Shown piece by piece: positions 46,501-58,125 of a stretch of 64,000 nt of DNA. The first letter of the stretch is position 1, and the number at the start of each line of letters is the position of its first letter. Under the pieces are notes generated by a model, which saw only the letters and a program-made list of their open reading frames with translations, had not been told where the DNA came from and did no database searches. A program made the position numbers and the translations under genes. Source of the stretch: Psilocybe cubensis (taxonomy: Eukaryota); contig CM039003.1 of the NCBI GenBank assembly GCA_017499595.2, positions 2,542,001 through 2,606,000 of the forward strand, in the 5' to 3' direction.

Positions 46501-46807
46501 TATGCGGGAGCGCAACCGTCCACAACTCGGGCGTCGGGCGTAGGATATGGACGAAGCCGCGACCGGAGCGCGAGGGGACTTTCGAGCCGTAGGGCACGCC
46601 GATGAAGTGGTCTTGTTTGAAGTTGCCGAATTTGGTGTTGAAGTCGCGGCCGGGGGTTATGGTGAGGGGTTGGATGTTGTCGCGGGTCTGTGGGGGGAGG
46701 GGGAGGGTTAATGGGTGGGAGAGGGAGGGGAGGGAGGGAGGGGAGGGACGTACGAGCCAGACGATGACGGTGTCGCCTGCAGCGACATGACGGGCAGACG
46801 ACCACAT
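43558..46807 (-). CDS. TRM61: tRNA (adenine58-N1)-methyltransferase catalytic subunit, 7 exons
   Basis: [87 protein letters not shown]. Confidence 0.95.
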
Positions 46808-47065
46808 TAGAGTTTTTTCGTTAGAGTGGAAAAAAAGAGGTGACTAGTGAGATCTGATCTGGTGTGATGTGATGTGAGTGAATAGACCCGGAGTGCTGGG
46901 TCAGGGATAGGATTGGATTGGACGAAAAAAGAAAGAAGGAAGGAAAGATTAGATTGCGCGCGGGATCTGGAGCTTCCTCTTTCGGCGCCCCTCAAATAAA
47001 GCCTCCGTTGCTCCTACTATGCTACTCCTAGCCATCACCCTCCCCCTCTCATCCCTCTCATACCT

Positions 47066-50000
47066 ATGCCCGTCCAGCCAGACACTACGCCCTGTCTCTC
47101 TTTCAGTCCGTCTCCCTCCCCCTCTCTCTATTTCTGCTCACTCATTGACTTACAGTCGGCATCGTCGATTTCTCCCAAGAAGTACGCTCTTTATAATAAT
47201 ATAATATAATATATTATATTATATTCATGCTTTAACTGCAGGCGAAATGGCTGTTTATGACTGAATCAGTCACCGAGCTCCTCGGTACCCTCCCCCCCTC
47301 CTCCTCCCGCTAACACTAACCTCAAACGCAACGCACAGGCTACGAACCGCACGAGCTCATCGGCCGTCCCTCCCTCGAGCTCGTGCACCCCGACGAGTTC
47401 CCGCGCGTCCGGCAGCTCCATTAGTCTGTCTCCCTCTTGCAATATTTATTCTTTCGCTGACATTGATGATTTTGGTACAGCGATACAATCCAGCAGGACA
47501 AAGCAGCCGTCCTCGTCTACCTCCGCATGAAACACAAGGACAGATGTAAAGGCTACGTCCTCTGTGGCGTTGTGGGTGTCTTCTCTTTCTTTCCTTTTTC
47601 GTTTCTTGGCTCTTGGCTTACTCCCCTCTCCTCCCTCCCTCCCTCCCTCAATCCACTCAGTCAAGGTAAAAAAAATTCACATCTCAACAAGAGAAGACAC
47701 ACACAGGCTAACTCAACCGCATGCCGTAATAGAACAGTAGTCCACAACGTCCTCGTCGGCAGCGTGTCATTCGCCAGCCCCGGCGCTAAAGCGCTCCATA
47801 ACGCCTCGACTGCACAGGAGATCACTGTTATTAGTCCTGCTGCGGAGAATTTCGAGTTTAGGGTGCGTTTGTGTTTTTTTTTGTTTTTTTGGCTTTGGTT
47901 TGGGGTTTTTTTGGGTGTTTGGTTTTTTGGTTTTTTAGTTTTTTGAATGTTTGGTTTTTGGTTTTTTTGGGCGTTTGGTTCTTTGGTTCTTTTATTCTTT
48001 GGATTTTTCGGGGGGCGTTTATTTTTTTTCTTTTCTTCTTTTAATTAAGAAGAAAATGAATTGTTATTCCAGCGCGACATCCTTCTTTCTCAATCACCCC
48101 ATCTCTTATTTCCTTTTTATATCACTTTTAATTTCCTTCCTTTCCTTCCTTCCATCTCTTCTAATTTCCTTTCCTCCCCTTCCCCTCACACTTCCCCTTA
48201 ACACTCACTAACCCACCCCATTGTCCCCACAACAGAGATGGCACGACCCCTCCCCAATGCCCCCCTCCCCAATCCCAGCAAACATGGCCGACCCCGCTGC
48301 GCTCTCGCTCTCCCTTTCCTCTCTCTCGTCCCTCACATCCCATTCCTCCGCCTCCGCCTCCGCCTCGGGATCCGCGGGCCAGGGACAAGGACAGGCACAA
48401 GGACAGTTCCCGCTCTCGCCTACATCCCCCGCACCCTCCACCTCCACCTCGACGTCGTCGTCGTGGGGGAGGAGTAAAGGTGGCAGTGGTAGCCCGCGCG
48501 AAAGGGAGAGGGAGCGCGAACGCGAGCGCGAAAGGAAAAATGGGTATGGGATGGATATAGATATGGACGTTGATATGGAGGATGTTGGGCGAGATCGCGA
48601 GTATACCCGCGCGTACAGCGATAGGAAACACAGCCGCGAGTACAGCGATGAGAGGAACACGCATTATCGGAAACGCAGCGGCGAGTACGACTACGACTAC
48701 ATCAATAAAAACCGCGACTACAACAACAATAACAAAAACAGCAGCAGCGATAGCAGACACCGTTCGGATTCAGGTGGCTCCGCCTCGTCCTCCGCTGAGA
48801 TTATGCATCACAGGGGCGCGCGTGGATGTGATCGTGATCGTGATCACGCGAGCGCGCGCGGGAGGGGGAGGCTGAGTGCGAGTCGTAGTAGGAGTCGGAG
48901 TCGTAGTGGGAGTCGTAGTGGAAGCAGGAGCGGGAGTAGGAGTAGATTTGGAAGTGGAAGTGGAAGTCGCAGTGGAAGCAGGGATAGGAGCAGGAGCAGG
49001 GATAGAAGTCCAAGCAGGAGCAGCCTAAGCGACCTCTCACTTTCTTCGGAGCGCGAGAGGGAGGGGGGGTATATTCGCACGAGCAATGTGCGCGGTTCAG
49101 GTTCGCGCGGGTCGCGCGGGTATGCAGATGACGAGGAGAGGGAAAGAGATCGCGAGGAGGCACAGAGGCGCGCGCATACGCATACGCGGGGCGATAGCGA
49201 TAGCGGGCACGGGAACGGGCGTGGGGGAAGAGAGTATGTACCTGCGCCGTCGTCGTCGGCTTCGCCGCCTTCGTCTCCTCCACACGGGCACTCGCATACG
49301 CGCGCGCGCGCGCATGCGCACGCGTCCTCACATGGGCGCACGAACGCGCACAAGGACGCGCATACGCTCACTCCAGCTCTCACGCCCACGCCTACACCCA
49401 CACCCACACCAACACCCGCGCCGCAAATACCTCCCACGCCCACGCCCACGCACACCACACCCGCGCCCGCGCCCCAAATACCCCCACACCTCCCTCCGCC
49501 GCAAATACCCCCCACACCTACCCAACAAGGCCTCATAACCTTCCCGCCCCTCCCTACCAAATCCCTGCGCACCGCGCTAATCCTCGACAGGTTCTCATCG
49601 CACTCGCCTATAATGTACTGTTCCAATTCTCTCTTATTCCCCTCCTCCTCCTCTTTCTCCTCCACTCAATACCAAAATCAAAATCAAAATCAAAATCAAC
49701 AAACACTCAACACCTCAGCCTCCGCCCAAATAATCGGCTCATCATTCTACGACTGGGTCTCATCCCGCGACATCCCCGTCGTCCGGAGCTGGATCGATCT
49801 GGTGAAAGGATGGGGAGTGAATGAGAGGGGGGAGCCGAGTGATGGGGGTTTCGGGTTTGGGAGGTTTGGGTTGAGGGTTTTGAGGAGGGGGTGAGTGTTT
49901 GTTTTTTTTTTTGACTTGGGGGTTTTTGGGGTGTTTGGTTTTTGTTGGTTAACCTAAAAGACTACCTAACTAACTAACTAACTAACTAACTAACGCCCTC

Positions 50001-50449
50001 CCTCCTTATCTAGAAACCGAATACCAGAACCGCCTACACCTTCGCGCACCCGACGCGGTTCCACTTCCACCTCGCACTCACACTCGGCATCGGCATCGGC
50101 GCATCCGTATGGACAAGGGAGTAGACGGCATCCGCCTTTGAGTGCGAGTGCGAGGGCTTCGCGGGGTAATAACGGTAACGCTTCTAACGCGAATGGTAAC
50201 GGCACTGTGAATGGGAGTGGGAGTGGGAGTGGGAGTGGGTATACGAATGGCGGTGGGAGTAGGAGGCAGCGGTTAAATCAGGGATCAGGCGTCGGCGTCG
50301 GCGTCGGAGCGGGGGCAGGTGGACACATGGGTGGTGGGGTAGGAGGAGGAGCAGGGGAAGGACAAGGAGACGACTGCGAGACGTTCAAAGTGGACGCTAT
50401 ATTTTCGGCGCATTCGGATGGGCTGATGGTCATTTTGCGACGGGCTTGA
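47066..50449 (+). CDS. Fungal PAS-domain protein (two PAS-like regions separated by a low-complexity insert)
   Basis: Spliced: MPVQPDTTPCLSFIGIVDFSQEAKWLFMTESVTELLGYEPHELIGRPSLELVHPDEFPRVRQLHY...; C-terminal RTALILDRFS...IMYCSN...GSSFYDWV...VDAIFSAHSDGLMVILRRA. Confidence 0.85.
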
Positions 50450-53400
50450 GGTTTTTGAAAGGCTTGGAATTTTTGAAAATCTTGATGTTTTTGGTCTGGG
50501 GGTTTGTGGGGATCTTTTTTCTCTTTTTTCTTTTTTTTTTTTGGAGTGTTGGTTTGTTGGTTTGTTATGAGTATCGTGCTGTGCTGTGTTGTTTTCGTGT
50601 TGTCCTATGTTGTTCTATTTTTGTTCTATTTTGTTTTCGTGTTATGTTATGTTATGTCTGTATCGCTCTTGCACTTCGCGTTGGCGATTCAAGCTTTCGA
50701 GCTTCTTTGACCAATCCCTTTCTTTGTCGTTTTTTTTATCCTTCTTTGTTCCTTGTTCCTTTTTTTTGTTTTTGTTTTTGTGATATTGTATGACATCCCA
50801 TCCTCATCCTCACCCTCCATTTCGACTTCGCCTTCGACTTTGATGTAGATACCTATACCTATACCTATACCACGCCCGCATCCCACCAGCCACATCCCGC
50901 ATCCTTGCTCCTCCTTTTCTTCACTTCTCTGATTCCTACTCGCCGGCCCCATCATCCACATCCACATCCACATCCACTTTTTCCTTCTCCTTCTCCGCGT
51001 TCTTCGCATTCCTCTTCCGCCGCTAGCCAGCCAGCCAGCTAATGCGATATCCGATAATCCTCTAGAATTTTCTTGGACCACCCCTCCGCCCCGCGGTTTT
51101 CCTCTTCTTCTTCCTCTTCCGACAACGACAACAACGAGAACAACAACGACGATCGCGAGGATAACGACACCGACAACGACGATCGCGATACTCGACGACA
51201 CCGATACTCGATACGCCGACACCGATGTTGATATCCGCTGCTACGTGATCCATGATACATACCCGCCTCTAAGTCAAAGTCGAAGTTGAAATCAAAGTTG
51301 AAATCAAAGTTGAAGTTCCGAGTCGAGTCGAGTCGAGTCGAGACCGTGCTTCGCTGGAACATTCCTTTTTGCGCTGCGCTGCGCGGCGCTGCGTGGTGTG
51401 GGGTGCGCCAGAACCAGCGCCAAAACCAGCAGTAGCACTAGTACTAGCGCGTCACCACAGCGTCTATGTATCCGCACCGCACCGCGTGGTCTGCGTCGTG
51501 CTTTCCGCGTTGCGCGTCGTGCGTCGTGTTTTCCGCGTTCAGAACCGCCACCACCAACAGAAGCGCTGTTATTGTATTGTATTGAATGTGTTTTCTTTTT
51601 TTTTGGTATTTATGTACTGTTTTTCTTTCTTTTTTTTTTATTTTCATTTCATTCCATGCCTTGTCATCCCATGCTTTGTTTTGTTATTCCATGCTCATCT
51701 CCATGCTCATACCAACTCGACTCAATCGCGTGTTCCGTGCTTTTATCTTATTTTCAAGTTTCGCTCTTCGCTCTTCATTCTTCATTCTCATTCCGTCAAT
51801 TATACAATGCAACCTGCGCTCGAGCTCGAAAATACGCAGTTTGTTCCATTTTAAATTTTCAATCTTTAAACTCTAAATCCCATTTTTTAAAAAATACAAG
51901 TCGAATTTGTGTATGTATGTACAAAGTTGTGATTATTTCTTGTTCCTTGTCCCTTGTTCCTTGTTCGTTTTCGTGTTCGTGTTCGTGTTGTTGTAACAGT
52001 TGTATATACGTACGTCTGCCTTACGATTCTGATTGTGTATATATCAAGTAGTGTTCGGTATGCCATGCCTGCCTTTTTCTTGTGTGTCAGATTGGAGTGG
52101 ATGCTCGAGAGGATATGATATGACTGTGCTTGTTTGTTTTTTTACTCGGGGTATTGTGTATCTCGTCATGCGAGTTGCGTGTTGCCTCGCATGGGCGCCT
52201 AGGCGCATGTGGGTCCTAAAACCACCGACCCGAGTGAGGGGAACCCCCATTTGACATTTGATGCGCGTTGAATGTACGCGGCGTGAAAGTCACACCATCA
52301 CCATCATCATCATTATCGTCATCATCGTATACAGGGGCTCGTTTCAATTTAACTTGGGGTTATGTTTTTTTTTATTTCTTTTCTTGCGGTCTTTTTTTCA
52401 CATCTTTTTTTCACGTTTTTTTGTGCATGCATGGACCGGAATCGCAGAGTGCATGTAAGTCGCACGGTTTTTGTCGTTTACATCTGCTTTGCGATGGAAC
52501 GGGGACTGGTATACCGCGCTATACCATACCAGCCAGCGCTACAGACACGGACCATAGCATGGCATCAGCACTTAGTCAGTGAGTAGTGACTCCCTCCTAA
52601 ACTCCTAGGCCATCCAGCGCATCACTTTGCACATCCACATCCATCCCGCGGAGATGAACTGCCTCGCTTTGTATTCAAGTTGCTTCGTATTACATCGCCA
52701 TCGCTTCCTTTTTCATTTGCATTGCATCGCGCTGTGCTGAAATTGGCGTCGGATACGGTTCGGTGTCACGGTTCGCTTGAATACTGGACTTGAAGTGGCA
52801 GTGGCAGTGGCCGTAGCTTCTGTCGGTCGGTATTTTGCGCGATGCGATTGAGATAGGGCTGCTCGTTGTAGTGCTAATGGTAGTGTTTGACGTCTGGTTA
52901 TCGGGTCCATGGGGATACGATGGATATGGTTGTATAGGAGGAATAGGGAGGCGAGGCTTTGATGGAGGTGTTATTGCTATCACTATCGCTATTACTATCA
53001 CCATTACGAATACCATTACTATTAGTATCAGTATTACTATTACTATTACCAGAAACGGAACTGGAGCTGAACGAATGGATAATAGAAGTCCCAAGTCAAG
53101 TTGAAAAAAAGAAGCGAAGAAAAGAAGCAGCCGCTGCGTCTGACTGAGTAAGCAGTAATTCCAAAGTACTGTCATAACCTTCAATGGATGAATGAATTGG
53201 GGGGAGGGGGGAGGGGGAGGATACTTCAATTTGGCGTTGTGTGTGGACGTGAGTCTGACGATGAGTTTGACTCTGAACAGTGTAACTGGTACAACTACTA
53301 CTGCTGCTACTGCTGCTGCTGCGATTCAGTGCCCGAGCCCGAATCCGGGTCATGCTCGAAGTCGAAGTCGAGATCGAGACCCCTATCCCTCCCTCCCTCC

Positions 53401-54595
53401 CTCCTCCTCCGCCATCTCCCATCGCTTCTGATTCCTACCGGCATATGCATGGTCTTATCCATATCCATACCACCGCAGAATTACAAATGACGAACGAACG
53501 AATCCATCCCGGAAGAGCTCCCGACTCCGAGAATCAAGAATCAAGAATCAAGAATCGTGAATCGTGAATCGAGATACGTACACCGGCTGCCAGGCGCCAG
53601 AGTGCCAATTGCGAGAGTGCCAGATGGCAGGTGTCAACACCACGCCCCTACGCCCCACGCCTCACGCTCACGCTCACGCCCACGTCTCGGTCGGTCCTTT
53701 CCTGAGAAGGAAAAGCGAGAAATAGGGAAAGGAAAGAAGCAGATGCGGAAAAACAGATGTGGAATTGGAATTGGAATTGGAAGCGGAAGAGGAAAAGTGG
53801 AAGAGGAAGTGGAAGCACACGCAGACGAAGCTGGGATCTTAATCAGGCAGGGCAGACTTTCAGGTCCTCAAAACATCCTTTTTTTCCCTGTTCCCTGCAG
53901 GGTCTATCCTGAGAGACCGGAGGATCGCTTGCCAACTCTGTGCGCAAGTGATACATACAACTATCGCAATACATATTCTCTCGTTCACTTCCATCCCCTT
54001 CTGATTTGTGGTGTGACCCCAAATTTCCAAAACGAAGAACAAGGCATACCACAACTTGATAATCCACGATTCAAAACACCACTACAACCACTATACTATC
54101 AGCATCAAGATCAAATTGAATACCATTATCAATATCATTACCAATCCTCCGACCGATCTCAGAATATTCAGAGTCTGATGGCCTAACGCCAAAGCTTATT
54201 TTTTCTTAGAACAACAAATAACCCGACCCGAGATCCACTGAAAGTACAATGACACATTGGAGTATCTAATCTCCCATGGCAAAGTTAGAACAGTGCATTT
54301 GTCATGGTCAATGGTCATTGTCAGCACCCCCAGCCAGAAATATAAATAACTTGCGATTTGGTCCGCCACGCTAAGCCGAAAAGTTGAGGAAAAAAAACCC
54401 AAGCGTCGATGAAAAGTCTGGCTCTGGCGAGGTGATCGGATCGAATGAGGTGGAGGAGCAAGAGAAGAAACATAAAACGCGATTACAGACTGTACAAACC
54501 ACGCGACAATCCATATATGTAACCCACACACGCACGATGCCATGGACATGGATCACAAATTGTAAGTACGTTACTCACTATCAAGGGTACTATGA

Positions 54596-57345
54596 TCACG
54601 CTACACCAAGTCTGAAGAAATCGGGTGCGAATGCCGATGGGTTGGAAATCTGGACCGTGTTCACTTTACCTGGCTTGAAACCTGGCATTGAGAGCAAGTA
54701 GCCTTGGAATAGGATGTCCCAGCTCTGTAGTACCAAATACGCCCCGAAAAGTCAGCAGCCGAAGAGATCCACGAAAAAATCAGAACGAAAAAAGGATGAG
54801 GATGAGCTAAAGCGAAGGGTTGAGATGCGCACATCCCAACCATCCCATCATCCACAACTCGATAACGCAAGCAATCAAATTCAAAATAAAACACATCTGA
54901 CGCACCTGTGCCGAGATGGGCATCTGTGCCTGAACAGGCGTGCCTCCGTTGACGCTCACAAACGCATTACGGCAATTCGAGCACGCGTTGTTGTTGAACG
55001 TCACATCCCCATTGATATAATCGAACGAGAGCAGCTTCGTGCCGCCCGACGCGCCCCCGTCGACGTTGTTGAATGTGAGTGTGCCGCCCTCGCCTACGAA
55101 GCCCACCACCGTCGTCGAACCGTTGACCACCCGCGTCGACGCACCGCCAGCAAGTGTATTTGTGCTCGCAGCCGCGGCGTAGAATGTGAATTGCGGAGCG
55201 GGTGCGCGGACCCCGTTGCTCAGTTTCAGCGCCATAGACCCGTGGGCTGCCACGGTCGCCGTGAACCTATATCGAGAAAACGAGTGCCGCCATTCAGTCC
55301 CACTTCTCCTCTTTCTCCACCCTATTATGCAGGGAAATGCACTCACGATCCCGTCAGTTGTCCGAGGCTTGCGCCGGTGATAAGGTCCGTCGCACTGGCC
55401 GAGGAGAACCCAGCATCGGCAAGGTTGAAAGTAAGGGACCTAGAAGCGTTCTGCCAGTTTATGACGACTTTTTTATTGTTTCGATATTATCAATCGAGTC
55501 ATTTTGTTCAATGCGATGGACCTTCTACTGTTATTAGCGAGAAGGACTCACTGGCAACAGTTGATCCGTCAGCTAGGGGACCTGCCCAAACGTCATGGTC
55601 GTTCGTATAGCGACGCATGAATTTGATAGACGCTCCAAGTGGGTCTTGCTGGGAGATAATGAAATTTAATATTAGACTCAATTAATAATGGGGACCGGGC
55701 ATCGTAAGACGTACGTTCACCGCAATAAGCCTAGTGTTTTTCAGAATACCAAGGGTTTGCGAAGAGGGGTTAGTGAGATCCGTCGAAATAATCAGGGGAG
55801 ATCTAACAATCCACAAAAAGTTTGTAAACTAAAACTAATCGAGGCTGGGGAAGAACGCTAAGACACGCACTTTGCTGCTGCCCAGAAGGCAAAATGTGTC
55901 TGCTGTTCGGCTGCCGTGAGCCCAGAATTGCCTACTTCGAGCATATCCAAATCTAAAGTGCAGAGAATCAGGCCCAAAGAGTGGCGACGTGTATTTTTAG
56001 GTACACCCACCGTTCCACGCCCCTGGACGTGCAAATTGGGAGATAGGCACCAGTTGGTTTATGATCCTAAACAGGTTATCCCATGACGCGGGAGGTCCAA
56101 TATCATTCCTGAATTTGCATTTGAGGCTGATGAGAATACTGATGGACTGTGGCTGAACGACTTACGAGATTCTCCAACTGAATGAAAGCGTCGTAAACAT
56201 TTTTTGCAATAACCAGACAACACTTTCTGACTTACGAATTGCCAACGTCACTGGCAGGCCATCTCGCGGGGTCTTCACGGACATTAAACTAACGACATAC
56301 GCATCGTAGACATAGATGCCCTACCTTGTACACCCCATTCACAAATTGAAAATACGATTGGCCTCTTTGTGGCCGCCAATGCGTCGCGCATCGTGACATA
56401 ATGGGCCTAGGGCTGAACTGAGTTTCGCAGCTACTTGATACATGATTATAGTAGGTACCTCAATCTGGCGGTTTTATTCATGAGTGTCGAAAGACAATAA
56501 AGCAGATGACAGCATACGAACCGAAATGGGGGGATTATCATCCACAAAGTCTGTCGAGCTCACTAGTGGCGAGAATGATTACTTGTTCAATGGCGGCGGT
56601 TGATGTAAGATGTCCGAAAGCTTTACTTGCCTGCGAAACAATTGTCGTACTAGAAGTCAATACATGATCGACAGTCAGTCAACTGTTAGTACAAAGATGT
56701 TGTCATGCCTAAAACATTTACCTTCAAATAATCTGCACCCCAAGATGCAAACGTGAGTGCATCTGAAGTTTCATGTCCCAGACTACCGAGGTAGTGGGCT
56801 GTTCCCCCGACAGCGTCGCAAGCGAAGACTCCTCTAAATCAAAGTTATTCATATTTCAAATACGCCATGAACATGACAATGACATACCCATCGGAATAGA
56901 CTCCAAACTTGAGCCCAAGGTTGTGTATAAACGATGCCAAAGCAGGTATCCCATCAGGGATTTGCGTAGTGTCCCATGTAAATCCACCAGTCGCATTCCG
57001 CGTTTTGCCTTGCCAGCCACAGTCACTACCAAAGGTTTTGGTTAGCATTGCCTTATGTGCCTCTGTCAATCTTCTCTGACACACAGATTGACATATTTGT
57101 AACCCAAAGTGCTCAATCCCAAGTTGATCAAGCTTTGCGCCGCACTTTTGTATTGAGCTTCCGTGGTGGTGCAGCTAAAGATTAATAGTTTGAATGGAAT
57201 GACAACTGAAAATGACTGTATTGGCTTACAAGAAAGCATTGTAGGGGTTCCATCCCATCGGTGGAGTAACAGCGACTCCATTATTCAAAGCATATACCGC
57301 CGATGATAGCCAAAGGCCAACGTATACTGAAAAATTCGATATCAT
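54596..57345 (-). CDS. Secreted GH27 glycosidase with a C-terminal CBM35-like module
   Basis: Signal peptide, ALNNGVAVTPPMGWNPYN, VNLDCGWQG, GLKFGVYSD, WGADYLKYDNC, WRISNDI, LDMLEVGN; C-terminal beta-rich VVGFVGEGGTLTFNNV...NPSAFAPDF. Confidence 0.92.
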
Positions 57346-58125
57346 TGAGTTTTGGGGTGTCAGAATGAGATGACGGCTCCAGGAATCAATCTTCGCGTAT
57401 TTGATATACAGAACACAACGCTGCGGACCGCCAGCGAAGTCTACGTGACTTCCATAGGATTCGAATGAAGCAGGACTCTGGAGCGCAAGCCACGAGACGC
57501 GACGAATGAGCGAATGGTCCCCGTCATGTGTCATAGAAGAATGCGGGTCCTGTGGTGCGAACATGTCGCGCTTTCCGAATGTTGACTTGAAGTTCTCAAG
57601 ATTCGCAGACTTGACATTTGCAAGAACTTAAGATGTGAGGTGGTATCCGGTGTTCTTCAAGAAGATGTGCACCCGTTACACTATCGTACAATTGCGTACA
57701 ATTGACATATGACGAAGCTGCGAGGGTCGAGTCATTGTATGCGTTGGCAATGAACGAGAAGGTGGCAAAGCCACTCGCCAGCAGGATTTTTCGTCCTGGA
57801 TATTGTGATTGCCTAGAAAAACACATGTAAAATAAGACACTCCCAACCAAGGGTGATATGGCTCCTGTAATACTACGCCCTCTCAAAAAGCTTCCATGAT
57901 TCATTGAAATGTTCGAGGTTAGGATGATGGAGGTTTTCTGTCAAGAGGGTAACGCGTAACAAATCACGCCATTTGTGACTATCAGGAGCAATATATTTTC
58001 GGCTAGCGCCGAAGTCCCGTATTCGTCTTGCGCTTCAAATTTCTCTTTAATCTTATCGCTTCGAACTTGGATTAGTTTCAAAACCTATACCCAGATCTTC
58101 CATTATCATTATCAAAACATCTTCA

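Larger units (their letters stand above)
40700..54150. repeat. Microsatellite / low-complexity island covering the RAD4 3' end, TRM61, the PAS gene and flanking intergenic DNA
   Basis: Dense short arrays, e.g. (GCTCAG)n, (TCACAT)n, (GGTGAC)n, (TTTGGC)n, (CAGAAT)n, (AATCAA)n, (GGGAGT)n, (TATACC)n, (GTGGCA)n, (GGAATT)n, (CTAA)n, plus long A/T/C runs. Boundaries approximate. Confidence 0.9.

Noticed and set aside
40700-54150. Island as a sequencing or assembly artefact
   Set aside because: Long reading frames, conserved motifs and splice signals are preserved through it. Homopolymer lengths may still be wrong, so read support should be checked.
40700-54150. CRISPR array, telomere or satellite
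   Set aside because: No constant repeat-spacer unit, no (TTAGGG)n tract and no single dominant monomer.
41624-54550. Many Phe/Leu-, Lys/Arg- or Ile/Thr-rich ORFs outside the RAD4, TRM61 and PAS exons
   Set aside because: Products of stop-poor low-complexity DNA, with no domain motifs or coherent splice structure.
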